DNA of 64,000 nt from Antedon mediterranea (lineage: Eukaryota; Animalia; Echinodermata), in assembly GCF_964355755.1 (NCBI RefSeq), contig NC_092673.1, positions 35,337,648-35,401,647 on the forward strand. The letters are read 5' to 3'. The notes beneath the pieces were generated by a model, which was given only the letters and a program-made list of their open reading frames with translations, was not told the DNA's origin and made no database searches. This document shows positions 1-12,700 of the stretch, in pieces; the first letter of the stretch is position 1; every line of letters starts with the position of its first letter. The translations under genes were made by a program, and so were the position numbers.

Positions 1-2460
1 TGGTACCATACATGTTCGACAATACAATCTCTCTTTAAAAAAAAACAATATTCATAAAAAAAAAAAAAAAACACGTCGAGGTTCGAACCCCAGCCGATAG
101 CACTCAAAACTGAGCATTACCCGTTACGCCACCAAGTACATGAGTGAAAAGCTGATAATAGTCTATTTATACGTGTATTACGTAATTGATCATTACGTCA
201 TAAATATCCTATTAACCTTGCTAAAACCAAAATGATCAGTTAGCTCAGTCGTCTGAGCGTCGTGTTAACACACGTATGTCGTGGGTTCGATTCCCAAGCT
301 GGTCGGTGGAATAGAGTTAAGGCTATGCGAGCCACTGTGTTTGGGGTTCACAGATCATACGTCCACCACACATCATGAGGCGAAAACATCAATGCATCTG
401 GTGATGTGGTGGAAACGACCCCAAAAGGCTGTGGCAGGGCCTTAGTGCTGAGGCAGGGAGAGCACATTTACCATCTTTTTTTTTGGCTCTCGCCAACTGC
501 TTTGATGGTTTAAATTTTATGTTTAGCGCCCTCAATTTATTTTAATGTAAAAAAAGGGAATTAATTCTCTTCGTTACGTGTTTAGAAGAGAATTAATTTT
601 ATCTTATCGTAGTTTGGTATGCCGTGCGTTTGTTATGCAAATGAGTGTGCACATGTGCTGTGGGAAAGATGGTATTGTTAGTTATTCGCGATCAACACAC
701 AACACTTTTCAATTTTTATTTTGTTAATCTTTTACATTAGAATTGTAATTCTACCGTTACACATTATAGTGTATTTTTAAATATCCGTTTCATGCAAGAT
801 ATTGTATTATAGGCCTACTAATATGTTGTGAATAAAAGTTTTAAATTTTTTTTAAGCAGATCTTCGAAATTGAAGCATATGTGATGAAGTCGAGTTTTTT
901 TAAAACCCAACCTAAAATTCGCATCTGGATAGTTGAAATTTAACATTATAATTATCAAAGCTGATAATTGTTATTGTTTTCTAAATTATAGAAATATTAA
1001 AATTAGTAAGCAGGCTTTTGTGCGCTAGCTCTGTTTGTATTTCATAATTTTGTTTTGTTGAATTACTGTCACGGACGGCCGCGTGCATTGCATGTCTCAC
1101 ACTTGGGTAACAATCACCATTGTATGGCCGGCTGGTCGTTTCATAATTTCCGGGGACTAAGCTTTCATTCTTAGCTCTGCCCCAACCATGGTGAGCTTAA
1201 CTGGAGACTTAATAAATATTTAATTTCATATTTCAATAAATATTTTTTCCAAAATTGTCTTTGCTCAGCCCCAATCGTGGTGGGGTAGTGAAGACTCTTA
1301 TATGTCATGTTTCAAAATACTATAGGTGTCATTTCTGGGGACCTTGTAGCTATTTTAAACAGTTTGGTAAGCCCTGCGTTGTTATGCAAATGAGTTTGTG
1401 CAGGTGTAATGGGGAAGATGGTGTTGTTAGTCCTACGCGGTGAACACGCCACAAAATTAAATTTAAAAGTTAAATTTTGATTTTGTTAATCTTTATTAGA
1501 AATTCAAATCATGTAAAGATACAATTTTCCGGGCGGGAATCTAGAAACTCCCCTCCTTTAGTTTACAACAGTAATCTTGAAAAGAACCCCATGTGGAAAA
1601 TAAGCTTATCCGTTGGAAAGAAGCCATCGTACCCAAGAGTACTACAAAATTAGGAACATTCGGGGTGTTATGGTGTCTATTTAATAGAAAAATGAATGCC
1701 ATACACTTTTGTTTATGATTTAAGGTCCACTTGCCTAGGCCTGACATTTTCAACCCTCCAAATATCTCTCTTAAAAAAAAACAATATTTATAAAAAAAAT
1801 ATCTGTAGAGGTTCGAACCCTAGGTGATACTACTCAAAACTGAGCATTACCCGTTGCACCACAAACTGACACATGACTGAACAGCTGTCTATTTATACGT
1901 GTATTACGTAATTCATCATTACATCATAAATATCCTATCAACCTTGATAAAATCAAAATGATCAGTTAGCTCAGTCGCCTTTATTGTCTTTGCTCAGCCC
2001 CAAGCATGGTGGGGTACTGAAGATTCTTATGCATGTTGTTTGAAAACATAATAGATGTCATTTTCGGGTACCTTGTAGCACTATTTTAAACAGTTTGGTA
2101 TGTGCGTGTGTTGTTATGCAAAAGAGTCTGTGCAGGTGTATTATGGTGCAGGTGTATTATGGTGCAGGTGTATTATGGTGAAGATGGTATGTTAGTCATT
2201 CGAAGTCAACACGCAACACTGTTAAATTTTGATGCTGTTAATTATTTACATTAGAAGATTTTTCAAATCATGTAAATAAAAGAGTACCGGTACTAAAAAT
2301 GAAGGAGCACATGGGCTTCTTTTCGAGGTTTTATGGCAGTCTATTTAATTGAAAAAAAATGTCTATGCAACCGTTGTTTCTGATTTTAAAAAAGGTCCAC
2401 TTGACATTTACAATCCTCAAAATATCTCTCTTTCAAAATAAAAGAATATTCATTATTTTC
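1..2460. repeat. Cluster of degenerate copies of one interspersed repeat with tRNA-like (SINE-head) segments
   Basis: About 20-255 recurs at about 1760-1978. About 1255-1800 recurs at about 1985-2460 and partly at 610-750. A/B-box-like TAGCTCAGTCG...GGTTCGATTCCC lies at 241-294. Confidence 0.65.
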
Positions 2461-2479
2461 CATTTTAAAAAAATCCACT

Positions 2480-2760
2480 CGCGCCAAATTGAGTCCACTT
2501 GAGCACAATGTATTAGTATTAACATACGAAAAGATTGAAACTTTAGTGACGTTATTTCTATTTTATATCACTGCTCCCCTGGTACCAAATTGTGTCCACT
2601 TGAGCACAGTGTTTTATACGAAAAGATATTAAAATTTAGTGACTTTATTTCTATTTTATATCACTGTGCTCCACTGGGGCCAAATTGTGTTCACTTGAGC
2701 ACATTGTATTAACATACGAAAAGATATTAAACTTTAGTGACTTTATTTCTATTTTATTTT
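2480..2760. repeat. ~97-bp degenerate tandem repeat (3 copies, plus a 4th at ~3495-3580)
   Basis: Repeated CCAAATTGTGTCCACTTGAGCAC...TACGAAAAGATATT...TTTATTTCTATTTTATATCACTG. Confidence 0.75.
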
Positions 2761-2879
2761 TTTTATTAAACCTTATTTTGTGAGGGTGACCCTAAACTGC
2801 GCGCATATGCAGACAGTCAAAAACATATATGAAAAAACGGATGAACTATGTTAAAAAAATATAAAAATATATAATATAT

Positions 2880-3400
2880 ATGAGTTTTTTCTTTTGGGAT
2901 TAAATATTTTTTTAGACCAGACTTAAAATTATTTATTGTTACCGCATTCCTTAGTTTGGTGGGTAGCAAATTCAGGTATGTTGGTGTTCTATAGATGAAG
3001 CTGTTCTTAAAAGTTTCAGTTTTAGGGAAAGGGACGACAAATTTCCTCTTACTGACACTTCGGGTACATCGATGATTTGGAATTCTGGCAAGACGCAGGG
3101 CAAGCTATTCCGGAGCAAGACCATTTGCAGACCTGTAGGCAAGGCAGCCCAGTTGTAGATGCATGCGATCTTGAACTGTATGAAAATATTAGTTCGTGGT
3201 GTGAGAGGATGACCTTTAAGGATAATGCGAAATGCTCTATTTTGAATGGTCTGTATTCGGTCAATATTCGATCTGATTCCCCAAACACTACATCAATAGT
3301 CAATGTGTGGGCGGATTATAGTGTTATAGAGGAGTATGGATGTGTGTTTGTTAATGAAATGACCGAGCACGCGATAAGATGGAGATGAACAAGCCCAGTT
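2880..3400 (-). mobile_element. 3' fragment of a CR1/L2-clade LINE
   Basis: The minus strand reads ..PFPKTETFKNSFIYRTPTYLNLLPTKLRNAVTINNFKSGLK, typical of a CR1/L2 ORF2 C-terminus. Confidence 0.65.
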
Positions 3401-3625
3401 TGGAACGGAGTTTATTTACATGAAAAGAAAAAGATAAATTTGAATCAATATGAATGCCAAGATGTTTCTGTTTGTCAGTTTGTGATATGGGTATATACGA
3501 AAGGATATTAAAAGTAGTGACTTTTATTTCTATTTTATATCACTGTGCTACCCTGGTGCTAAATTGGGTCCACTTGAGCAGTTAACGTTGTACTATTTCT
3601 ATTATTGAAGTTAATAAAGGCATAA

Positions 3626-3739
3626 ATGGCGCTCCGTAGAGAATTAGAGAATGCTCCAGTCGTCAGAATACGCTCTGGGGCGCGCCGGGGAGTGTGTGCA
3701 GGGCGCACGTGGAAATCAAAGCAGATAGGATGTTATCAT
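3626..3739 (+). CDS. NUBPL: NUBPL exon 1 (putative mitochondrial targeting peptide)
   Basis: [38 protein letters not shown] is Arg-rich and GC-rich. The phase-0 GTAGGC donor matches exon 2. No family motif is present, so certainty is lower. Confidence 0.75.
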
Positions 3740-6700
3740 GTAGGCCTAGGCGCATTTTCGGAAGTAGTAAACAATGTTTAAAGTCATTCTTTTCTTGTAT
3801 TCATAAAAAGAACTTGTCATCACATGCGAATCCTTTGGTAATTATAGATTTCAATGTTTACTATGTGGTTATGAATAATATTATTTTATACGACTATTTA
3901 GCGCCATCTCCTAGCTACTAATAAATAGAGTAAACTAGGCTAGTAGGCTAGCCTAAATTATTATTTTATTGTCACTATTCAGCAATATTTTGGCATGTAA
4001 CTATTAAATAATTGTGTTTGAGTCTAGACTTAGACCTATCGTCTGAATTCATGAAAATACTGTATCGTCGTGTATGGCCAAAAACTAGACCACAATATGG
4101 ATAAATATAATTATGCCGTATGTGGGTAGTAGGACTGGTGATGTATCTGTTATGCGCGATTTGAACGATTTGCGCAATATGAAATTGCGCAAGTATTTTC
4201 TGGCGCAATTTTAAATTGCGCAAACAATTCCTTGCGCAATTTGAATTGAAACATGTGTTTCAAATTGCGCAAGCAACGTATTAAATTGCGTATTAGTAAT
4301 CTGCAAATTGCGCAAGGTTTTTAGACAGATTGTGAAATCATGCACGCCCATATTGGGTGTCACGAAACCTAAGACCACGAAAACTAAGACCCCCTAAGAC
4401 CTAAGATCACGAAAGCTAAGACCCAAGAAATAAGATTACAAATATTTATCTTTCGCACCTGCCTTGTATTAACTCCCAACATTTATTCTGAACACCACAC
4501 CTTAGAATTAGCACTTTATAAAAAAGAATCAAATAAAAAGTAACAAATACATTTTTAAATTGATGATTTTACAGACGTTTTTCTCGCACACATACGCTAC
4601 TGTTTGCGAATTTCGCATGACTAGCCTAACAGTAGGCCGACCCCATGTTGAATGTTTTTGTTTCTATGGAACGTCAAAAGAGCAAAATTATATAGAGGGC
4701 TGAAAACTCTGTGGAGTCCATCTACAGTGTGGATAGAACAATGTAAAATTAAAATTGTAATGATAATAGTATAATCATGCTAGTACGAAGAAATAAATAC
4801 TCGCAAATAAATTTTAATTTAAAAATCATGATAATAAGTTTTTTTTGTTTCGTTTTCTTTCTGTTTTTATACTTGTACTATTATTTTTGCTCATTTGGCG
4901 CTCCATAGAAACAAAAACATTGAGCATGGGAGGAGTTACAGTATACAAAGAAACACGTCTGTAAAATCATCAATTCAGAGGATTTATTTATTTGTTTTTA
5001 TGTGTTTCTCCTTCTGAAAGTACTTATAAGTCCTAATTTTAAAGTGTGGTATTCAAGATAAAGTTAGTTAAAGACCCCTTCCCTGCAATTTTGGACGTTT
5101 TTTGGAAAATAATACATATATATCACTTTAAAAACATTAAACCATGTCATTCCTTGTCTTAAATGTACGTTTTATGGTAAATTATGATAAAAAGTGAGAA
5201 ACAATGCACTACCTAAGTAGCTCGCGGCGATCGACCTCTCGTGGACGGTCTTAGGCCTAGCCTAGCTAGGCTTAGTTTTGTAGGCCTAGCTGGTAAACAT
5301 CGATAACGTACGAACATCGTACGCTAGCTATATACCTAGCCTGACGTTGTATAGTTGCTGCATTAATTGTCTTTCTATTTTTGCCAGACTCCGTTGATAC
5401 AAATTGGGGAAAACCCGGTATTTTCGCTGAAAAGTTAGGAGTCTTCCATTTGTTTTGGCTTCACGATCGATCGAAAAGTGGGCGAATTACAGGTGAAAAA
5501 CAAAAATATCAATCCGCGCGCAATGCATTTTGGGATTTATAGCGGGCCGCTATAATTATTAGAATCGATTTATTTTTTACATTTTTAACCGTTTAACACG
5601 TTCACTGCCACGGCGTATTTATACGTCAAAAATTGCGTGTCGCTACTTGCCAAGACGTAATACTACGTCAAAATCGTAGCACTTTTGTATTGTATGTAGA
5701 ATCGCTGGCAGTGGTGATTGGAACAGGAATTATCGCATGGCAGTTTATGAATGATGTACGTAAACGATAATCTAAAAATAAATGTCATATGTTTGTTTGT
5801 GTTTATTCCCTCATGCATTGAATATGGTTGATACGATGGCGCCCTCACACTCAATATAATCATCTCAAACATGTCATAAATTGCGCTAATAGTAAATAAA
5901 AATAATAAAGGATGAAATGATTCAGTGTGGTTTACTGTTTTTATCTCTCGATGATAGGTTTGACCGATTTTAGCGCGGAAAATCCCCGACGTATATTTAC
6001 GTTCCTGGCAAAGTCAATAAAATTGTTGGACCATTGCCAGTGACGTATTTATACGTCTCAACGGTTTTTCCCGCCATCGTATTTTGAATGACATCATGAT
6101 AGTCTGTGACCAGATGTTACACTTTCAAACTGTAATTTAATATGTAAACGGGACTTGGCACTGGGACAGAAATTACGGAAAATGCCTTGGCAGTCAATGT
6201 GTTAAAGAGTAAAAAAGTTATCGCAATAGGACCATATAGTATTATTTTTACATTCAATATAGTTTGTGATCTTAAATTAGATCTAAAAAACGTAGGGAAT
6301 GGGGCTTTAACAAATAGTCAAAATACAAGAAAGGCAGGTGCGAAAGAAAAACATCCTCTGAACCAACACAATGGAGTAAATATATACCAACAAACAACCC
6401 GTCAAGTTTGTTTGTTGTAAAGAAAAAACATACATTTACTCAACGGGCGAAAATAATGTGAGTTTATCTATGTTTTGCGGTGGTATTTAATTATATTTAT
6501 GGTAATAAATGAAACCTACTGTGTTTAAAATTATGTATGGATAAACAAGTATTGTTTTTAAGCTGTAGTATATCTTAGAATTTGTAATCTTAGTTCTTGG
6601 GTCTTAGCTTTCGTGATCTTAGGTCTTAGGGGGTCTTAGCTTTCATGGTCTTAGGTTTCGTGACACCCCGCCCATATTTTTATAGTAATTTCTAAGAATG

Positions 6701-9700
6701 ATTCAAAATTAAAGATAATATCGCATTTCCTTATGCTCCCGGGAGCCTCCCTCTCGAATTTTCATTCAATTTTCTGAATAAAAAAAATCTCGAATTCCCA
6801 ATGGTTCTATAAAATACCATATTCACACATATATGAGAAGAAGGCATAATAAATACCAATAGTAATATAATAATTTCAATTCAAATATCAGTACTAATGA
6901 CGATTAATAATACTAATAACGATTGGATTTTTTTAGAAACAATAATTATTACGAATTATTAGACGTTTATCAATGGGGCTTCGTACGTTTACTTACTATT
7001 AATATTTAACTTAAAAATTAAATTTAATAACAAAGAAGATCGACCTTTCGGAACCATTCTCAACAACAAATGAGTACAATAATAAAAATATACAAACAGT
7101 TCGGTTTCAAATTGCGCAAAGGTGTCATATTGCAAGAACTATCTTGCGCAATTTACAAATTGTGCACAGCAATTTGAAATTGGTCAAGGATTTTTGTGCG
7201 CAATTTGAAATTGCGCAAGTTGATTGTGCAATTTAATATTGCGCAAGAAAATTCTTGCGCAATTTCAAATTGCGCAAATCGTTCAAATCGCGCATAACAT
7301 ATCCATTTGGAAACGCTATCGGCATGGCCATGGTCAACCGTAAATATAAAAGTTTTGTATACTAGGCACTGCCAGTCGACCATGCATGAAAATTAGTATT
7401 TTTTAATGCCATAGTTATCAGACGTTTCAACCCATCACGATTTGTTCGAGGGCTTAATTTCTCAAACTACTATCATCTAATCTCCCGAATCCATCATGTC
7501 GATTACTAAAACTGGACTGATATGATCACGGGCAGAAGAATTTTGAACATTTGTTGTGAATTTCAAAATGTGTTGATTGAGTGATTCATGATAGTTAAAT
7601 AATTAATTTGTTTGCATTCTAGGGTATCCAAGGTGGAGATAAAAGCAAAGCAAATCATTTGAAAGAAAAAGGTCTACCAAAAAAATGGCCAATTGCAGGA
7701 GTGAAGCAGGTTATACTTGTGGCTTCTGGGAAAGGTGGTGTAGGAAAATCAACAACAGCAGGTGATGGACAAGATTATTTGGGTTCAGCTAACTAACAAA
7801 CATGCCACACAGCGCATCACACAGCGCACCATACGTCGCACATCGCACCACACGTCTCACAGTGCGCCATGTCACACCGCACCACAATGCTATACACACG
7901 CTTATCCTAGACACATGCACGTTTAACTCTTAAATATCCAATTTCACTCGTAAATATAATTGAACCTAACCCTCTAAATGGCGCGCCCTTACAGTAGGTG
8001 TGTGTTGTACTATAGCTTTGATTTGTGTTTGGTGGCATGTTGTGTTATTTACTATTTGCATGTCATACAAGAGACCAAGTTGGCTCCCATGACAAAGCCA
8101 ATTACTTGCTGTTACAATCTTGATTCTTAGAAATTATCCTATTTAAGGCATTTATTGAGTACCGCAAATGTAATTCTCACAGACAACTGTGCATAACAAA
8201 AGTTTTATTTTATTTGTGGAGTTTAGTATTTAAAAATAATAATAGCATACTGTATATATTAAGTAATAAATAAGTAAAGTAAATAAGTGCACATCCCTTG
8301 AAAGCAATACATATCAAATTGATCAATATTTATATTTATTTATTTTTATAGTCAATCTTGCTCTTGGTATCGCTACAAATAACAAGGTATGTAAAAACAG
8401 TCGTATCGCAACAACAATATTTTAAGTATTAATTAGTACCCAAAAACAATCTGTTCTTGAATGTATCCAAGACCAAAGAAATGGTTGTAGACTTCCGTAA
8501 ATCACTTAATGTCAAATATCCAATATTTATTAATGGTATATCAGACAAGTTTGTAGAAGAATTTAAATTCTTGGGTATTTATATTTCAAATGATCTGAAG
8601 TGGCATATTAACACACGTAACATTATTAGAAAGTCCCAAAGAAGAATCTACTTCCTACGTAGACTTAGATCATTTGGTATAAACTCTGAAATAATGTCGT
8701 CCTTCTATGGGTCAGTTATAGAGAGTGTCATAACGTATTCTTTAACGGTATGGTTCGGTAGCACTACCGAAAAATGAAAAGCGTGACCTAAATAGAATAG
8801 TCAAGACTGCATCGCGTATAATTGGATCTGCACAATTGCCTTTGGAGAACATATTTTCGGATCGTCTTCTGAAAAAGGCAGTGGCTATCAAAGATGATCA
8901 ATTTCATCCGGCCTCTAGTATGTTCCAGTTGATGTGCAGCGGTCGGCGATTTCGTTCTATTAAGGCCAATAAGGCACGATTTACAAATAGTTTCTTTCCA
9001 GGATCTATTAGAGCCTTAAACATCATGTAGACACTTTTTTGTAATGTTTTTGTTTTTGAGTTTGTGTTGTGTCCGTTGGATCATAGAGATATTTATAGTG
9101 AACTATAATATCTCTATCGTTGGATATTGTGCTCCGCCAACAGAGCAAACAGAATTTCTATGTTTTTTCTTAAAACAAATGATAATAAATGATACTTGAT
9201 GATAGTGTAAGTAAATAAATAAATTCAAACTGTAACCGCAATTAATGGAAAGTTTTTCAACTAAACTGCCTTGAAAACAACGGTTCTCATCATTGAAGTT
9301 AAACAATTACTGAGAGAGCTTTATAGGCTTCTTGTAGCCTACACACAGTCACACCACTTATGTGTATATGATTGATATAACTCCGAATTTAACTTAAAAC
9401 TCTGTACTATGTACAAATGTACTTTTAAATTTACACAAAATAAACAGTAATTTATCCCTTTTTTTTTAGTAGCCTACTTGGCTTTTTGCTACTCCCTAAC
9501 TACTAACTTTTAAGACATTATCCTTTCAATAAGATCTTTATAAAGTGTGTGCATTTTTTGTGTTTATATTATAGTCCGCCTCTGTTGGCCTCCTAGATGC
9601 TGATATTTATGGACCTTCAATTCCAAGAATGATGAACTTAAGTGGTCAGCAACCTGAGTTAACAAACAGTATGCTTACTTTTTATTTGTTAAATATTTAA

Positions 9701-12700
9701 TAAAATTCAAGATGGTGAAACAAGTGCAATATTTATATGTTAATTGTTATTATTTATTGCACTACATATTAATTAGTAATAGCAACGATAATGATACAAA
9801 GAAAGTTTATTGCAATCTCAAATAAAACATTTAAAATTGAAGTTTAACAAAAATAATAGCAACAGTGGTGGTGTTGATGATGCACTGGGTCATGGGTTCA
9901 AATCTTGTCAGATTTCAGGATAGTTGTCATATTTCAAGACTTTGTGGAGGAGGACAGCGACTTTCACTCTTTGGAAATATGTTGTTACAGTAAATAGTGT
10001 TCTGGAAAATTGTCTGTGGTCAGTAGTTAATGTACCATGCATCATAGTATGTAAATTTAAATAAATTCAATGTTTTTTTTCCAGAAAATCTCATGAGGCC
10101 ATTAACCAACTTTGGAATAACCTGGTATGTTTATTTTGTATTTATATACAAAACATCTGTTTCATGTATTTGGTGGATAAACCTATTATTTTTTTTTATG
10201 TAATCACCATTTATTAAGTAAATGTTTAGCGCTCAGATACCTTATATATGCTAATGAATGTTTTATGTGTTATATGTAGTATGTCAATGGGATTTCTGGT
10301 GGACGAGACATCACCTATTGTGTGGAGAGGTCTAATGGTGATGTCAGCTGTTGAAAAGTTGATTAGACAGGTATTGGGAAACATACATTGCTTCTGTCCT
10401 TTTTTCTAGGATACCTCCAGCATTATAGTTTATACTTTTAAAACATGCATATATTTTCTGATTTATAAACTAAAATATAGAACAATAATGATGAATTGAA
10501 TTGAATTTCACCACATATTTAATTATTTACATTGTTATATCAGGATAATATAGCGCTAACATCAGAGCTGAAGTATCCCCACTCCATCCCCCAACTACAG
10601 AGTGATTTAACATCAGAGCTGAAGTATCCCCACTCCATCCAACTACAGAGTGATTTAACATCAGAGCTGAAGTATCCCCACTCCATCCAACTACAGAGTG
10701 ATTTAACATCAGAGCTGAAGTATACCCACTCCATCCCCCAACTACAGAGTGATTTAACATCAGAGCTGAAGTATCCCCACCCATCCCCCACTACAGAGTG
10801 ATTTAACATCAGAGCTGAAGTATTCCCACTCCATCCCCCAACTACAGAGTGATTTAACATCAGAGCTGAAGTATCCCCACCTATCCCCACCCCAGGGTGG
10901 TTTAAAACCAGTACAATTCTGATCATTTTGATACCACATGATCTCCCAACCCCACCAACCCTTCTCCAGTTTTAATTGGTCAATGTTCTGCCCAAGGCCA
11001 CTGAATAAAATTATGAATTTACTTAATAATAATAATAATTTCTTTTACTACAGGTGTCATGGGGCCCATTGGACTACTTGGTGGTCGACATGCCTCCTGG
11101 CACAGGTGATACACAGCTGTCAATGTCACAACTTATCCCAGTCGATGGTATGTCTTACTGTTCTAAAGTCAAATATTCAGCTTTAAGAGTTTGCAGTTGT
11201 TTCATGAAATAGGAAACTTTCATGTGTTAATACTATTAAATTATAATTAATATTTATCTATATTATAATAGCCATAGTCTTAACAGTGCTTTTATATAGT
11301 GCTGAGGAAATTTCTGATTCCCCCACACAGCAGAACATAAATCAATTTTTGTGAAATGGCTGAATGTGTTCAGCAATTCTTGGTCATCTATACACATGTC
11401 AAAGATACCAGATAATACAGATATTGGCTAACTTTATTTAGTTCTTTAATTGATGGATATGTTATATGACTGTTTTTATAGGGTCTGTTATTGTAAGCAC
11501 GCCACAAGATATTGGCTAACTTTATTTAGCTCTTCAATTGATGGATATCCTTTGACTGTTTTTATAGGGTCTGTTATTGTAAGCACTCCACAAGATATTG
11601 CTTTGATGGATGCAAGACGAGGAGCAGAGATGTTCAAGAAAGTTGATATACCAGTAAGTATAATGTTGATGATTGATTCTGTATTGTATACACACACGCA
11701 TACAAATGGTAGCATGCAAATATAGAAAAAATAAGCAATCAAGAGAAATTTAAAAAAAAACCTTCTAAAAGAGTTTCTGAAATGTGTTATGGGAAGTATC
11801 TACATTATACAAATTTTAGATGCTTGCTGTCTAAAAGAAAAAGGACCATCCCCTCCCCCCTGGCCACACAGTCCCCCCCCCCCCTCCCGATCTACACTGT
11901 TGATTATGTATATTGGTCATAATAATACTAGTAATAGAAATTGTAAGATTTATTATGACCCTAAACAACTTTTATTAATTTAAATGGTTATCTATAGCAT
12001 TGTACAGAAAACCATAGGCATTCTGAATATTTGCAATAACCTCTGAATGTCAGATTTTTATGTAGTCGGTCTACATTTGTATTTATTTTTGTCATGTGAT
12101 ATTGGTTTGTAGGTTTTGGGTCTGGTGCAGAACATGAGTGTATTTAACTGTCCTAAGTGTGGACACAGCACCCATATATTTGGTCATGATGGTGCAAAGG
12201 TGGTAGCTAAGGAGCTGGGTCTAGATACACTAGGTAAAACTATATGTAATAACAACACAAGACACCTTTAGTTATTACAATCCATAATAATAGGACATAT
12301 TGTATGTAAATAAGTAAGTAATTAGCATAATAAAACAAGGAATGTAGGCAACAACCAATCATATGGCAAGTGTGACGCCTAAGTTATAGATTTGTTTGTT
12401 CAAGGAAGGTTTACTCCACGAGATGTGGATGGCTTCCTTGACCTTAAGTTTGAAAGCGGAATCTGCAGAATCCAGAACGGTGAAGCAACCCGCATTAGCG
12501 AGGGCCTTACACCGTTCTGAATCCTGCAGATGTTGAAAAATGTGAGAAGCCTTGTCCCTGAAATGTTCACGCACCCGCATTGATAACCGTCTATTGGTTT
12601 CACCAATATACATGGAATTACATCCCATACATTTAAATTTATATACAACACGAGAGCGGACCACATCAGGGACAGGGTCCTTAAGACTAAACAAGTTTGA

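Larger units (their letters stand above)
4148..7299. mobile_element. Non-autonomous Ginger-like DNA transposon
   Basis: TGTTA...TAACA termini, long TIRs rich in TTGCGCAA, 4-bp TSD TATC (4144-4147 / 7300-7303). Confidence 0.75.

Noticed and set aside
237-300. tRNA gene
   Set aside because: A/B boxes are present but there is no convincing acceptor stem; it runs into SINE-like body sequence
7382-7480. NUBPL start codon directly upstream of exon 2
   Set aside because: The ATGs hit stops within a few codons; the 3626 exon fits both phase and targeting-peptide composition
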